A stretch of 64,000 nucleotides of DNA from Malacoraja senta (lineage: Eukaryota): NCBI GenBank assembly GCA_038087875.1, contig JAXLNO010001541.1, positions 1 to 64,000 on the forward strand, read 5' to 3'. The position numbers and the translations under genes were made by a program. This document shows, piece after piece, positions 1 to 11,791 of the stretch; within the stretch, counting starts at the first letter, position 1, and each line of letters begins with the position of its first letter. The notes beneath the pieces are model-generated. The model was not told the origin of the DNA. It did not search any database and worked only from the letters and a program-made list of their open reading frames with translations.

Positions 1-104
1 TCAGGTAGTCCTTGCTTTCTCCTCTTTCCCCTCCTCTTCCCAGCTCTCCCACAGCCCACTGTCTCCGTCTCTTCCTTTCTTCTTACCCCCACCCACACAT
101 CAGT

Positions 105-132
105 CTGAAGAAGGGTCTCGACCCGAAACGTC
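105..132 (+). ncRNA. Minimal hammerhead-ribozyme-like core in a Penelope-derived 3' repeat (intact copies also at 7290-7317 and 14483-14510)
   Basis: CTGAAGA-A-GGGT-CTCG-ACCC-GAAA-C-GTC reads as the CUGANGA box, helix II, GAAA, a palindromic ACGU helix III and a GUC cleavage triplet. It adjoins Penelope GIY-YIG remnants. Confidence 0.6.
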
Positions 133-1493
133 ACCTATTCCTTCGCTCCATAGATGCTGCCTCACCCACTGAGTTTCTCCAGCATTTATGTCTACCATTG
201 GTGTCTAAACCCATGACTGTAAGCTTCAGGGAAGAGCATCTGGTGACTTTACCTGGTCTCGTTATGTGACTCCAGGCCCCCAGTCATGTAGCCGACCGTT
301 ATCAGCTCTGAAATGGCCCAGGGAAACATCCAGTTCAAAGGCGGTTGCGGACAGGAAACAAATGTTAGTTCACTTCACTTGCACCTCCTCCAACCTCATC
401 AACCTCAAGGTGTGGACTCTTACACATCTGCGAGACCAAACGTAGACTGGGCAATAGTTTCGCTGAAAACCTTCGCTCAGTCTGCCTGGACCAACCAGAA
501 CTCCCGGTTGCTAAACACTTTAATTCCCCGCCCCATTCCCACATTGACCTTTCTGTCCTGGGCCTCCTCCACTGTCAGAGTGAGATGAAACACAAATTGG
601 AGGAACAGCGTCTCATATTTCACTTGGACAGCTTACAACCCAGCAGTATGAATATTGATTTCATGAATTGTTTCCATGTCCCAGCTACACTAGTCCCACC
701 TGCCTGTGTTTGGCCCACATCCTTCCAACCATGTACTATCAATGTACCTGTCCAACTGTTTCTTAAATATTGGGATAGTCCCAGCCACAACTACCTCCTC
801 CGCAGCTCATTCCATACACCACCACCCTCTGTGTGGAAAGGTTACCCCTCAGATTCCAATTCAATCTTTTCCCCTTCACCTTGAACCTATGTCCTCTGGT
901 CCTCGATTCCCCTACTCTGGGCAAAGGACTTTGTGCATCTACCCTATCTATTCCTCTCATGATTTTGTACACCTCTATAAGGTCACCGAGGTGCAGGAGT
1001 AGGCCATTCGGCCCTTCGAGTCAGCACCGCCATTCAATGTGATCATGGCTGATCATCCACAATCAGGAGCCCGTTCCAGCCTCCTCCCCATATCCCCTGA
1101 CTCCGCTATCTTTAAGACCCCAATCTAGCTCTCTCTTGAAAGTATCCAGAGAACCTGACTCCACCGCCCTCTGAGGCAGTGAATTCGCACAAGACCTCTC
1201 AACTTCTATACTCAATACTCAGACTGATGAAACCCAATGTGTCAAAAGTATTTTTGACCACCCTATCTACCTGCGACTCCACCTTCAAGGAACCATGCAC
1301 CTGTACTCCTAGATCCCTCTGCTCTACAACACTCCCCGGAGGCCTACCATTGTCTGGTCATGTCCCCAATGTCTTTTCCCCGAGGTGTGTTCCTCCAATA
1401 CCCGGCCCCGTGGGATTTCCTGCAATGTCTGGCCCTCGGACTTACGCCTTTTGGATCAGGTGCTGGTGTTGACTCTTCAGTATCTGTTGTATC

Positions 1494-3008
1494 CTATTTT
1501 GAACCTGTCCATGTACTCCTCTCCTGATGCGTTTTAGCCCAGTATCTGGTGTATTTGGTGCACTCATAGAGTCATAGATTAATACAGTGTGGAAACAGGC
1601 CCTTCGCCCAACACGCCCACACCGGCCATCAATGTCCCAGCTACTCTAGTCCCACTTGCCTGCACTTGGTCCATATTCCTCCAAACATGTCATCTTGGGG
1701 AACGGCTGCTAACCAGCAGCCGTCCGTTAATTTCACTTTTTGCTTTAGTTTTTAGTTAACTATGTCTGTCTTTCCTGGGGAATTTGACTTTTCTTGTGGG
1801 GGGGCAATGGGGAAAACTATTTTTAGGTCCCTACCTGGTCGGTGAGGCGGCTTTTTCTCCGGGCTGCCCGGTCGACCCGTCCTTGCGTCCTACCAGCGAT
1901 CCTGGAGCGGCGTTTCCTGGCGGGGACCGCCTCGCACCTTCAGCTTTGGTGGCGGCACAGCGCTGGAGCGCTATCGCGGAGCGGAGCGGGCGATGCCTTG
2001 CCTGGGTCGCCGCGCTGGATCGACGCACTGGAGCTCCGGTGAGCTGCGACCGCCGAGCTCAACACCTTCGGGCTGCGGGACTTGCGGAGCGACCAGCCTT
2101 GGGCGGCGGCGCCGACTCCAACATCGGGAGCCTCTGAGCTCCAAATCGGCGCGGCCTTGTTGGCTTCAGGTGCCACGGACTCCAATAGGAGATTAGCTGT
2201 TCCAGCCGCTGCGAGAACTCTCCCGACACCGGGGCAACTGCACCCGCGAGAACGGCCAGGAACATCGGGCCTCCGTAGAGGCAACTGTGGAGGCCTCAAT
2301 ATGCCGTCTTTGGGAGAACTGGGGTTGGGGACTGGACATTGTGCCTTCCCCCACAGTGGTAATCATTGTGGGGGATGATTTTTGTGTGTGTGTAAATGTT
2401 AATTGATTGTTTTACTTAATGTCCAAGATGGCTGCCGGAAGGGGGAGTGGACGCTGGCGCGTATTAGCAACCGCTGCTCTCTCTTCCATACTGTGTTTTT
2501 GATTTTTGTGTTCGGATTGAATTCTGTTTTTATTTGTGTACTTGTGATGTCTTTACTATTTATTTTTTTCTGCTTACATGTTTCTACTGTAAAATCTGTA
2601 AGGTGTCCTTGAGATTTGAAAGACGCCCATAAATAAAATGTATTATTATTATTATTATTACCTGTCCAACTGTTTCTTAAACGATGGACTACCTCCTCTG
2701 GCAGCTTGTTCAATACACCCACCACCCTCTGTGTGAAAAATGTACCCCTCGGATTTCTTTTAAATCTTTTCCCTTAACCTTGAACCTATGTCCACTGGTC
2801 CTCGATTCCCCTACTCTGGGTAAAAGACTCTGTGCATCTACCCGATCTATTCCTCTTATGATTTTGTACACCTCTATAAGATCACCCCTCATCCTCCTAT
2901 GCTCCATAGAATAGAGACCCAGCCTACTCAACCTCTCTCTGTAGCTCACACCCTCCAGTCCTGGCAACATCCTCGTAAAAATCCTGGCAACATCCTCAGC
3001 TGAAGTCC
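1494..3008 (-). pseudogene. Candidate interspersed (short-form) secretory exon split by a retroelement insertion; copies in every duplicated block
   Basis: Removing the insert bounded by CTCA (1563-1566 and 2995-2998) joins the acceptor catcactttAG|GG ACT TCA GCT GAG to TGC ACC AAA..., giving phase-1 GTSAECTKYTRYWAKTHQERSTWTGSK*. It lies upstream of the CH3-like exon. Confidence 0.4.
1690..2658 (+). mobile_element. CpG-rich ~0.97-kb non-autonomous retroposon-like insert ending in AATAAA plus (ATT)n; copies near 8880-9850, 16070-17045 and 23490-24440
   Basis: GC-rich body followed by aaataaaatgt(att)n. It is absent at the paralogous sites near 35940 and 42605, which read caaacctgtccatgtacctgtc. 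Confidence 0.7.
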
Positions 3009-4279
3009 CTAAAGTGATGAGTAGTGATGATTAACTCCAAACATTTCATGTTCTTGTTATTTTCTTTTATTTATGTATCAAATTTCAAATGAAAACATGC
3101 AGTTCAGCAGAAAAATTAAAAACAAGCTGCAGACAATGTGTTAAACAACATCTGCTTTACAAAACCTGATTGAGCAAGTCCCCAAGCATCGGCCCCCCCT
3201 CCACCACATTGTTTCCTGTTCCTACTCCCCTCCCCATGTCCCCTTCTTGCTCCACAATATCAGCGCATCCCTCCCCCTCCCACACTCCCCTCTCCTTCAC
3301 TCATCACATTCCCATCCCCTGCTCCCCTTTCCCAAACATTAATCCTGCCTTCCTCTCCCACTCCTGAATGCCACCCACTCCAGTGTCTAATACCCTGACA
3401 TTTTCCCACTGTCATGTCCTATCCTGTCATTCCCTCCCACCCCCCCCCCCCCCCTCAGTCCCAACCGGTTTCTTCCCCAGCATCCCCAGTGCATTTCCAA
3501 GTTTATCTCCTGAAATGAGCGTTTGCAGTGCAGTAGCCTCGGATTGCCGAGTGAGTGAGTGAAAGACAGGGAGACTCCATTTGCCAACGGCAGCAGCTGC
3601 ATGGCGATCTCTTAAGTGAATGTGGCGTGTGTGTCGGCTGGTCATTGTGGAACTTGTGGAATTCCCTGCCACAGAGGGCAGTGGAGGCCAAATCACAGGA
3701 TGGATTTAAGAGAGAGTTAGATGGAGCTCTAGGGCTAGTGGAATCAAGGGATATGGGGAGAAGGCAGGCACGGGTTATTGATTGGGGACGATCAGCCATG
3801 ATCACAATGAATGGCGGTGCGGGCTCGAAGGGCTGAATGGCCTCCTCCTGCACCTATTTTCTATGTTTCTATGTTTCTATGAACAGGTGAGGCAGAGGAA
3901 GAATGTTTCAGATATTGGGGAATCCAGGCCAGGAGATGACAGTCTGAGATGAAGGTGTGTAGGTGTGAGAGGGGGAGAAATGTCTTCACCCAGACAGTGG
4001 TGAACCTGGGCATTCTCTGCCACAGACAGCACTGAAGCCCAATTATTAGATATATGCAAGAATGAGTTGGATCTAGTTCTTAGGGTAAAGGGATCAAGGA
4101 ATATGGCAAGAATGCAGGAAGTGAGTACTGAATATGGATGATCAGCCGTGCTCATATTGAATGTCTGTGCAGGATTGAAGGGCTGAATGGCCTGCTCCTG
4201 CAATTATTTTCTATGCTGGATGTGATAAATCTGTCCATTTGCTCAGATCAGACTCGCACCAACCTCTGTCCACACGTAC

Positions 4280-4599
4280 CTGTCGGCTTCTCCAAGGATC
4301 TGCTCTCCGGTGTTGGCAAACTCTTGTCCTCCACCACAAAGGTGTACAGAGCCCCACTCTCCCACTCTGCAGCGGGGCCGTCAGTCCACTGGTGATGGTG
4401 TCTGCACCTCCGATCCTCTCTGCACCACGAGTTGGCACCCCGTCTTCTCTCTTCATTCCATTCACTTGCCAGGTTACCCTGAATCCCTCTAAATCACTGT
4501 GAACCACCTTACACAGAATGGTGGCTGTCTTGTTGATCCAGATCTCTTCGAAGGAAGGTTTGCTTAAAGTGACCAAGGGGCGGGTATCTGAACAGTCAT
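4280..4599 (-). pseudogene. IgW: IgW CH5-like (IgNAR C4-homologous) exon with a 1-bp deletion and second Cys changed to Phe
   Basis: ctcccAG|AT GAC TGT acceptor and G|GTACGT donor. Length is 320 nt versus 321 in the next copy (gggg versus ggggg near 4375). YTFVV replaces YTCVV. Confidence 0.85.
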
Positions 4600-5595
4600 C
4601 TGGGAGAAATCACAATTATTATGTCATCGTTCCCTGATGGAGCAGCTTGCCACTGAAGTATTTTGTGCTCATCTCCACCGAATGATATGCCGGTCCCATC
4701 AACATCAGGGAGATTTATCTACATTGGTGTAGGAATGAAGCTTCCTATTGATCCCACAAGGAAACCTTGCTAAACAATGTGAATTAACAAGTTGACTTTT
4801 ACATTATTTGACACTTTTGTGATCATTGAACCTGTTACCAGCTATTTACTGAATCAAATGTATAAAATTCCCTCTGAGGAGAGGCAAATCAAGCTAATGT
4901 TTGAGGTCAAAATGTTCAGTTCAGTTTAGTTTATTGTCACGTGTACCGAGGTACAGTGAAAAGCTTGTGTTGCGTACTAACCAGTCAGCGGAAAGTTCTT
5001 CACTTTATATTATAAATTAGAAGCAGCGGCATTATGTTATTTAGTCGCGAATGGTCCGGAGTAGGATGAAGAAAGGTCTCGACCCGAAACCTCACCTCCC
5101 CATGTCCTCCAGGGATGTTGCCTGACCTGCTGAGTTACTCCAGCACTTTGTGTCCTTTCATTTAGTCACAACTGTTTAAATGCAGTTTGTATCCATGAGG
5201 TGTAACTAAACTCTCCTGCTGCTTTGTCAGAATGTTGTGTGTTGCAGCCGGCCTGTCCCAGAGGCTGCTACACAATGCCCAGACTGACTGTTGCCACGCT
5301 GGGGCAGGGAGAGAGCTGCTCTGCTGGACACTCTGTCACAGCTGAGGCACCCACTCACATTAAGTACAAAGGCAGAGGGAAAGACCGTTTTGAAGAAGAG
5401 TATCGTGGATCTCCACCGTGTCTGGCCTGTCGACTGGCTTGGATTGCCCTCGTTACTAAAGCAATGTCAAAGATACAATTATTTCTGTGGCCAGACTCAA
5501 TTACAAGCCCATAACAGGACTGCACTGTGTTACAGTGTTGCCCATGTGTGGTACAGTTTACAATGTGGAGAATGGAGTGAATCCCAGGAGCCTAC

Positions 5596-5913
5596 CTTGG
5601 ATGTTCTTCACATCCTTCGTGATGATGGTGTTGGAGGCGCGATGATACACTGTACAATTGAAGCGTGAGCCTGACTTCCAATCCTCTGTACTCATGGTCA
5701 GGAAGTGGCTGGCACTGAAAGTGCCCCCCTGCTCCAGAGCAGTTGGTGCAGCACTGGTGTTGTTGGAGATCAGGGCACCGTCTTTACTCCAAGTGACGGT
5801 GATGAGGTCTGGGTAGAATCCAGAGACCACACACTCGAGGGTGACCTTGTGGCTACGCTTGGTCTCTTCGTGTGTTGGAAGCAGCAGTCTGACTTCAGGT
5901 TTTTTGGCCTCAA
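5596..5913 (-). CDS. IgW: IgW CH4-like (IgNAR C3-homologous) constant exon, open
   Basis: ttccAG|TT GAG GCC acceptor and CAA G|GTAGGC donor; 318 nt. VEAKKPEVRLLLP...LECVVSGFYPD...VTWSK...WKSGSRFNCTVYH has both Cys and Trp residues. Confidence 0.88.
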
Positions 5914-6457
5914 CTGGAACAGAGGAAAATAAATGTTAAACTCTCTCATAGTCATAGAGTGATACAGTGTGGAAACAGGCCCTTCAGCCCAACTTGCCCA
6001 CCCTGGCCAACATGTCCCAGTTACATTAGTCTCATCTGCCGTGTTTGGTCCCCATCCCTCCAAACCTGTCCCTGTCTGTTTTATTTATGTTAGGATAGTC
6101 CCTGCCTCAACTACCTGCTCTGGCAGCTTGTTTCATACATCCTCTAACCTTTGCGTGAAAAAGTTACCCCTCAGATTCCTATTAAATCTTTCCCCCTTCA
6201 CCTTAAACCTATGTCCTCTGGTGCTCAATTCACCTACTCTGGGCAAGAGACTCTGTGCATCTATCCAATCTATTTCTCTCATGATTTTATACACCTCAAT
6301 AAGATATTCCCTCATCCTCCTACGCTCCAAGGAATAGAGTCCCAGCCCTCTCAACCTCTCCCTATAGCTCTCTAGCCCTGGCAACATCCTTGTAAATCCC
6401 CTCTGTACCCTCTCTCTCTCTCTGTCACAGCCATTTAATCACTGATCTGTTGCCCAC

Positions 6458-6555
6458 CTTTGTTATGGTTGGTCCGCGCTGACACTGTTGAGGATGATGA
6501 AGATTGTTGGGCGAAGCACACAAACTCCACCCCGCTGGTCCACTCCTCCACGCTG
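6458..6555 (-). pseudogene. IgW: 5'-deleted CH3-like (IgNAR C2-homologous) exon remnant
   Basis: SVEEWTSGVEFVCFAQQSSSSTVSARTNHNK, then G|GTGGGC donor. It is joined directly to intron sequence (ttataac) that precedes the exon start in the paralog at 27960. Confidence 0.8.
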
Positions 6556-6940
6556 GGTTATAAAGTGAAAGGCAGAAGAATCATTGTGAACGCCAGTGTA
6601 TGGAGCAGGACAGAGAAAGCGAGAGACAAGGAGGTAGATGAATGAAGGAGTGTAAAGGCAGTGTGAGTGGGCTGGGTGTGGTATGTAGTATTAACACTGG
6701 TCTGTATTGTTGGCCTCTCTGTATTGTGGTTCAGTAGGGATACACTGGCACAATGTTCCAGTGAATGATGTCATTCAGTAGTTGGGTCTCTGATCTGGAG
6801 ACCGTGTTCCCACCACACCACAACGGTGAGGAGTTTAAATTCAGTTCATTAAATTTGTGCAATTAAAGGCCTGTGTCTGTAGTTGTGACATTGGGAAAGA
6901 TATTGTTTATGAAGGAACTGCAGATTCTGGAAAAACCGAA

Positions 6941-7381
6941 GGTAGACAAAAATGCTGGAGAAACTCATCGGGTGAGGCAGCATCTATGGAGCGAAGGAAT
7001 AGGTGACCTTTTGGGTTGAGACCCTTCTTCAGACTGATGTAGGGTGGGGGGGTGTGGGCGGGGCGGGAAGAAGAAGAAAGGAAGAGGCGGAGACAGTGGG
7101 CTGTGGGAGAGCTGGGAAGGGGTGGAAAGAGGGAGAAAGCAAGGAATACCTGAAATTGGAGAAATCAATGTTCATACCGCTATTTCAGGTAGTCCTTGCT
7201 TTCTCCCTCTTTCCCCTCCTCTTCCCAGCTCTCCCACAGCCCACTGTCTCCGTCTCTTCCTTTCTTCTTACCCCCACCCACACATCAGTCTGAAGAAGGG
7301 TCTCGACCCGAAACGTCACCTATTCCTTCGCTCCATAGATGCTGCCTCACCCACTGAGTTTCTCCAACATTTATGTCTACC
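6941..7381. repeat. ~440-bp palindrome made of two inverted Penelope 3' ends; copies at 14134-14574, 21348-21791 and 28349-28785, right half at 1-190
   Basis: The arm ggtagacaaaaatgctggag...aatacctgaaat is the reverse complement of atttcaggtagtcc...tgtctacc. The ~24-nt spacer reads GMNIDFSNFR (Penelope ORF end) on the minus strand. Confidence 0.9.
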
Positions 7382-10300
7382 ATTGGTGTCTAAACCCATG
7401 ACTGTAAGCTTCAGGGAAGAGCATCTGGTGACTTTACCTGGTCTCGTTATGTGACTCCAGGCCCCCAGTCATGTAGCCGACCGTTATCAGCTCTGAAATG
7501 GCCCAGGGAAACATCCAGTTCAAAGGCGGTTGCGGACAGGAAACAAATGTTAGTTCACTTCACTTGCACCTCCTCCAACCTCATCAACCTCAAGGTGTGG
7601 ACTCTTACACATCTGCGAGACCAAACGTAGACTGGGCAATAGTTTCGCTGAAAACCTTCGCTCAGTCTGCCTGGACCAACCAGAACTCCCGGTTGCTAAA
7701 CACTTTAATTCCCCGCCCCATTCCCACATTGACCTTTCTGTCCTGGGCCTCCTCCACTGTCAGAGTGAGATGAAACACAAATTGGAGGAACAGCGTCTCA
7801 TATTTCACTTGGACAGCTTACAACCCAGCAGTATGAATATTGATTTCATGAATTGTTTCCATGTCCCAGCTACACTAGTCCCACCTGCCTGTGTTTGGCC
7901 CACATCCTTCCAACCATGTACTATCAATGTACCTGTCCAACTGTTTCTTAAATATTGGGATAGTCCCAGCCACAACTACCTCCTCCCGCAGCTCATTCCA
8001 TACACCCACCACCCTCTGTGTGGAAAGGTTACCCCTCAGATTCCAATTCAATCTTTTCCCCTTCACCTTGAACCTATGTCCTCTGGTCCTCGATTCCCCT
8101 ACTCTGGGCAAAGGACTTTGTGCATCTACCCTATCTATTCCTCTCATGATTTTGTACACCTCTATAAGGTCACCGAGGTGCAGGAGTAGGCCATTCGGCC
8201 CTTCGAGTCAGCACCGCCATTCAATGTGATCATGGCTGATCATCCACAATCAGGAGCCCGTTCCAGCCTCCTCCCCATATCCCCTGACTCCGCTATCTTT
8301 AAGACCCCAATCTAGCTCTCTCTTGAAAGTATCCAGAGAACCTGACTCCACCGCCCTCTGAGGCAGTGAATTCGCACAAGACCTCTCAACTTCTATACTC
8401 AATACTCAGACTGATGAAACCCAATGTGTCAAAAGTATTTTTGACCACCCTATCTACCTGCGACTCCACCTTCAAGGAACCATGCACCTGTACTCCTAGA
8501 TCCCTCTGCTCTACAACACTCCCCGGAGGCCTACCATTGTCTGGTCATGTCCCCAATGTCTTTTCCCCGAGGTGTGTTCCTCCAATACCCGGCCCCGTGG
8601 GATTTCCTGCAATGTCTGGCCCTCGGACTTACGCCTTTTGGATCAGGTGCTGGTGTTGACTCTTCAGTATCTGTTGTATCCTATTTTGAACCTGTCCATG
8701 TACTCCTCTCCTGATGCGTTTTAGCCCAGTATCTGGTGTATTTGGTGCACTCATAGAGTCATAGATTAATACAGTGTGGAAACAGGCCCTTCGGCCCAAC
8801 ACGCCCACACCGGCCATCAATGTCCCAGCTACTCTAGTCCCACTTGCCTGCACTTGGTCCATATTCCTCCAAACATGTCATCTTGGGGAACGGCTGCTAA
8901 CCAGCAGCCGTCCGTTAATTTCACTTTTTGCTTTAGTTTTTAGTTAACTATGTCTGTCTTTCCTGGGGAATTTGACTTTTCTTGTGGGGGGGCAATGGGG
9001 AAAACTATTTTTAGGTCCCTACCTGGTCGGTGAGGCGGCTTTTTCTCCAGGCTGCCCGGTCGAACCGTCCTTGCGTCCTACCAGCGATCCTGGAGCGGCG
9101 TTTCCTGGCGGGGACCGCCTCGCACCTTCAGCTTTGGTGGCGGCACAGCGCTGGAGCGCTATCGCGGAGCGGAGCGGGCGATGCCTTGCCTGGGTCGCCG
9201 CGCTGGATCGACGCACTGGAGCTCCGGTGAGCTGCGACCGCCGAGCTCAACACCTTCGGGCTGCGGGACTTGCGGAGCGACCAGCCTTGGGCGGCGGCGC
9301 CGACTCCAACATCGGGAGCCTCTGAGCTCCAAATCGGCGCGGCCTTGTTGGCTTCAGGTGCCACGGACTCCAATAGGAGATTAGCTGTTCCAGCCGCTGC
9401 GAGGACTCTCCCGACACCGGGGCAACTGCACCCGGCGAGAACGGCCAGGAACATCGGGCCTCCGTAGAGGCAACTGTGGAGGCCTCAATATGCCGTCTTT
9501 GGGAGAACTGGGGTTGGGGACTGGACATTGTGCCTTCCCCCACAGTGGTAATCATTGTGGGGGATGATTTTTGTGTGTGTGTAAATGTTAATTGATTGTT
9601 TTACTTAATGTCCAAGATGGCTGCCGGAAGGGGGAGTGGACGCTGGCGCGTATTAGCAACCGCTGCTCTCTCTTCCATACTGTGTTTTTGATTTTTGTGT
9701 TCGGATTGAATTCTGTTTTTATTTGTGTACTTGTGATGTCTTTACTATTTATTTTTTTCTGCTTACATGTTTCTACTGTAAAATCTGTAAGGTGTCCTTG
9801 AGATTTGAAAGACGCCCATAAATAAAATGTATTATTATTATTATTATTACCTGTCCAACTGTTTCTTAAACGATGGACTACCTCCTCTGGCAGCTTGTTC
9901 AATACACCCACCACCCTCTGTGTGAAAAATGTACCCCTCGGATTTCTTTTAAATCTTTTCCCCTTAACCTTGAACCTATGTCCACTGGTCCTCGATTCCC
10001 CTACTCTGGGTAAAAGACTCTGTGCATCTACCCGATCTATTCCTCTTATGATTTTGTACACCTCTATAAGATCACCCCTCATCCTCCTATGCTCCATAGA
10101 ATAGAGACCCAGCCTACTCAACCTCTCTCTGTAGCTCACACCCTCCAGTCCTGGCAACATCCTCGTAAAAATCCTGGCAACATCCTCAGCTGAAGTCCCT
10201 AAAGTGATGAGTAGTGATGATTAACTCCAAACATTTCATGTTCTTGTTATTTTCTTTTATTTATGTATCAAATTTCAAATGAAAACATGCAGTTCAGCAG

Positions 10301-11470
10301 AAAAATTAAAAACAAGCTGCAGACAATGTGTTAAACAACATCTGCTTTACAAAACCTGATTGAGCAAGTCCCCAAGCATCGGCCCCCCCTCCACCACATT
10401 GTTTCCTGTTCCTACTCCCCTCCCCATGTCCCCTTCTTGCTCCACAATATCAGCGCATCCCTCCCCCTCCCACACTCCCCTCTCCTTCACTCATCACATT
10501 CCCATCCCCTGCTCCCCTTTCCCAAACATTAATCCTGCCTTCCTCTCCCACTCCTGAATGCCACCCACTCCAGTGTCTAATACCCTGACATTTTCCCACT
10601 GTCATGTCCTATCCTGTCATTCCCTCCCACCCCCCCCCCCCCCCTCAGTCCCAACCGGTTTCTTCCCCAGCATCCCCAGTGCATTTCCAAGTTTATCTCC
10701 TGAAATGAGCGTTTGCAGTGCAGTAGCCTCGGATTGCCGAGTGAGTGAGTGAAAGACAGGGAGACTCCATTTGCCAACGGCAGCAGCTGCATGGCGATCT
10801 CTTAAGTGAATGTGGCGTGTGTGTCGGCTGGTCATTGTGGAACTTGTGGAATTCCCTGCCACAGAGGGCAGTGGAGGCCAAATCACAGGATGGATTTAAG
10901 AGAGAGTTAGATGGAGCTCTAGGGGCTAGTGGAATCAAGGGATATGGGGAGAAGGCAGGCACGGGTTATTGATTGGGGACGATCAGCCATGATCACAATG
11001 AATGGCGGTGCGGGCTCGAAGGGCTGAATGGCCTCCTCCTGCACCTATTTTCTATGTTTCTATGTTTCTATGAACAGGTGAGGCAGAGGAAGAATGTTTC
11101 AGATATTGGGGAATCCAGGCCAGGAGATGACAGTCTGAGATGAAGGTGTGTAGGTGTGAGAGGGGGAGAAATGTCTTCACCCAGACAGTGGTGAACCTGG
11201 GCATTCTCTGCCACAGACAGCACTGAAGCCCAATTATTAGATATATGCAAGAATGAGTTGGATCTAGTTCTTAGGGTAAAGGGATCAAGGAATATGGCAA
11301 GAATGCAGGAAGTGAGTACTGAATATGGATGATCAGCCGTGCTCATATTGAATGTCTGTGCAGGATTGAAGGGCTGAATGGCCTGCTCCTGCAATTATTT
11401 TCTATGCTGGATGTGATAAATCTGTCCATTTGCTCAGATCAGACTCGCACCAACCTCTGTCCACACGTAC

Positions 11471-11791
11471 CTGTCGGCTTCTCCAAGGATCTGCTCTCCG
11501 GTGTTGGCAAACTCTTGTCCTCCACCACAAAGGTGTACAGAGCCCCACTCTCCCACTCTGCAGCGGGGGCCGTCAGTCCACTGGTGATGGTGTCTGCACC
11601 TCCGATCCTCTCTGCACCACGAGTTGGCACCCCGTCTTCTCTCTTCATTCCATTCACTTGCCAGGTTACCCTGAATCCCTCTAAATCACTGTGAACCACC
11701 TTACACAGAATGGTGGCTGTCTTGTTGATCCAGATCTCTTCGAAGGAAGGTTTGCTTAAAGTGACCAAGGGGCGGGTATCTGAACAGTCAT
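11471..11791 (-). CDS. IgW: IgW CH5-like exon, open frame but second canonical Cys changed to Phe
   Basis: 321 nt with AG/GT intact. DDCSDTRPLVTLSKPSFEEIWINKTATILCKVVHSDLEGFRVTWQVNG...EWESGALYTFVVEDKSLPTPESRSLEKPT. Confidence 0.88.

Noticed and set aside
1442-1545. Alternative exon DTGLKRIRRGVHGQVQNRIQQILKSQHQHLIQKA* with a furin-like RIRR and a GTAAGT donor at 1445
   Set aside because: The acceptor has no pyrimidine tract. Removing the upstream insertion gives a better acceptor in another frame. Not excluded, but less parsimonious.
1784-2378. Overlapping GC-rich ORFs on both strands as a protein-coding gene
   Set aside because: They lie in a repeated CpG-rich insert, and frames shift between copies.
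9588-10160. 190-aa minus-strand ORF (also 16781-17356)
   Set aside because: A chance fusion of a CR1 3' fragment with the antisense tail of another repeat; broken in other copies.
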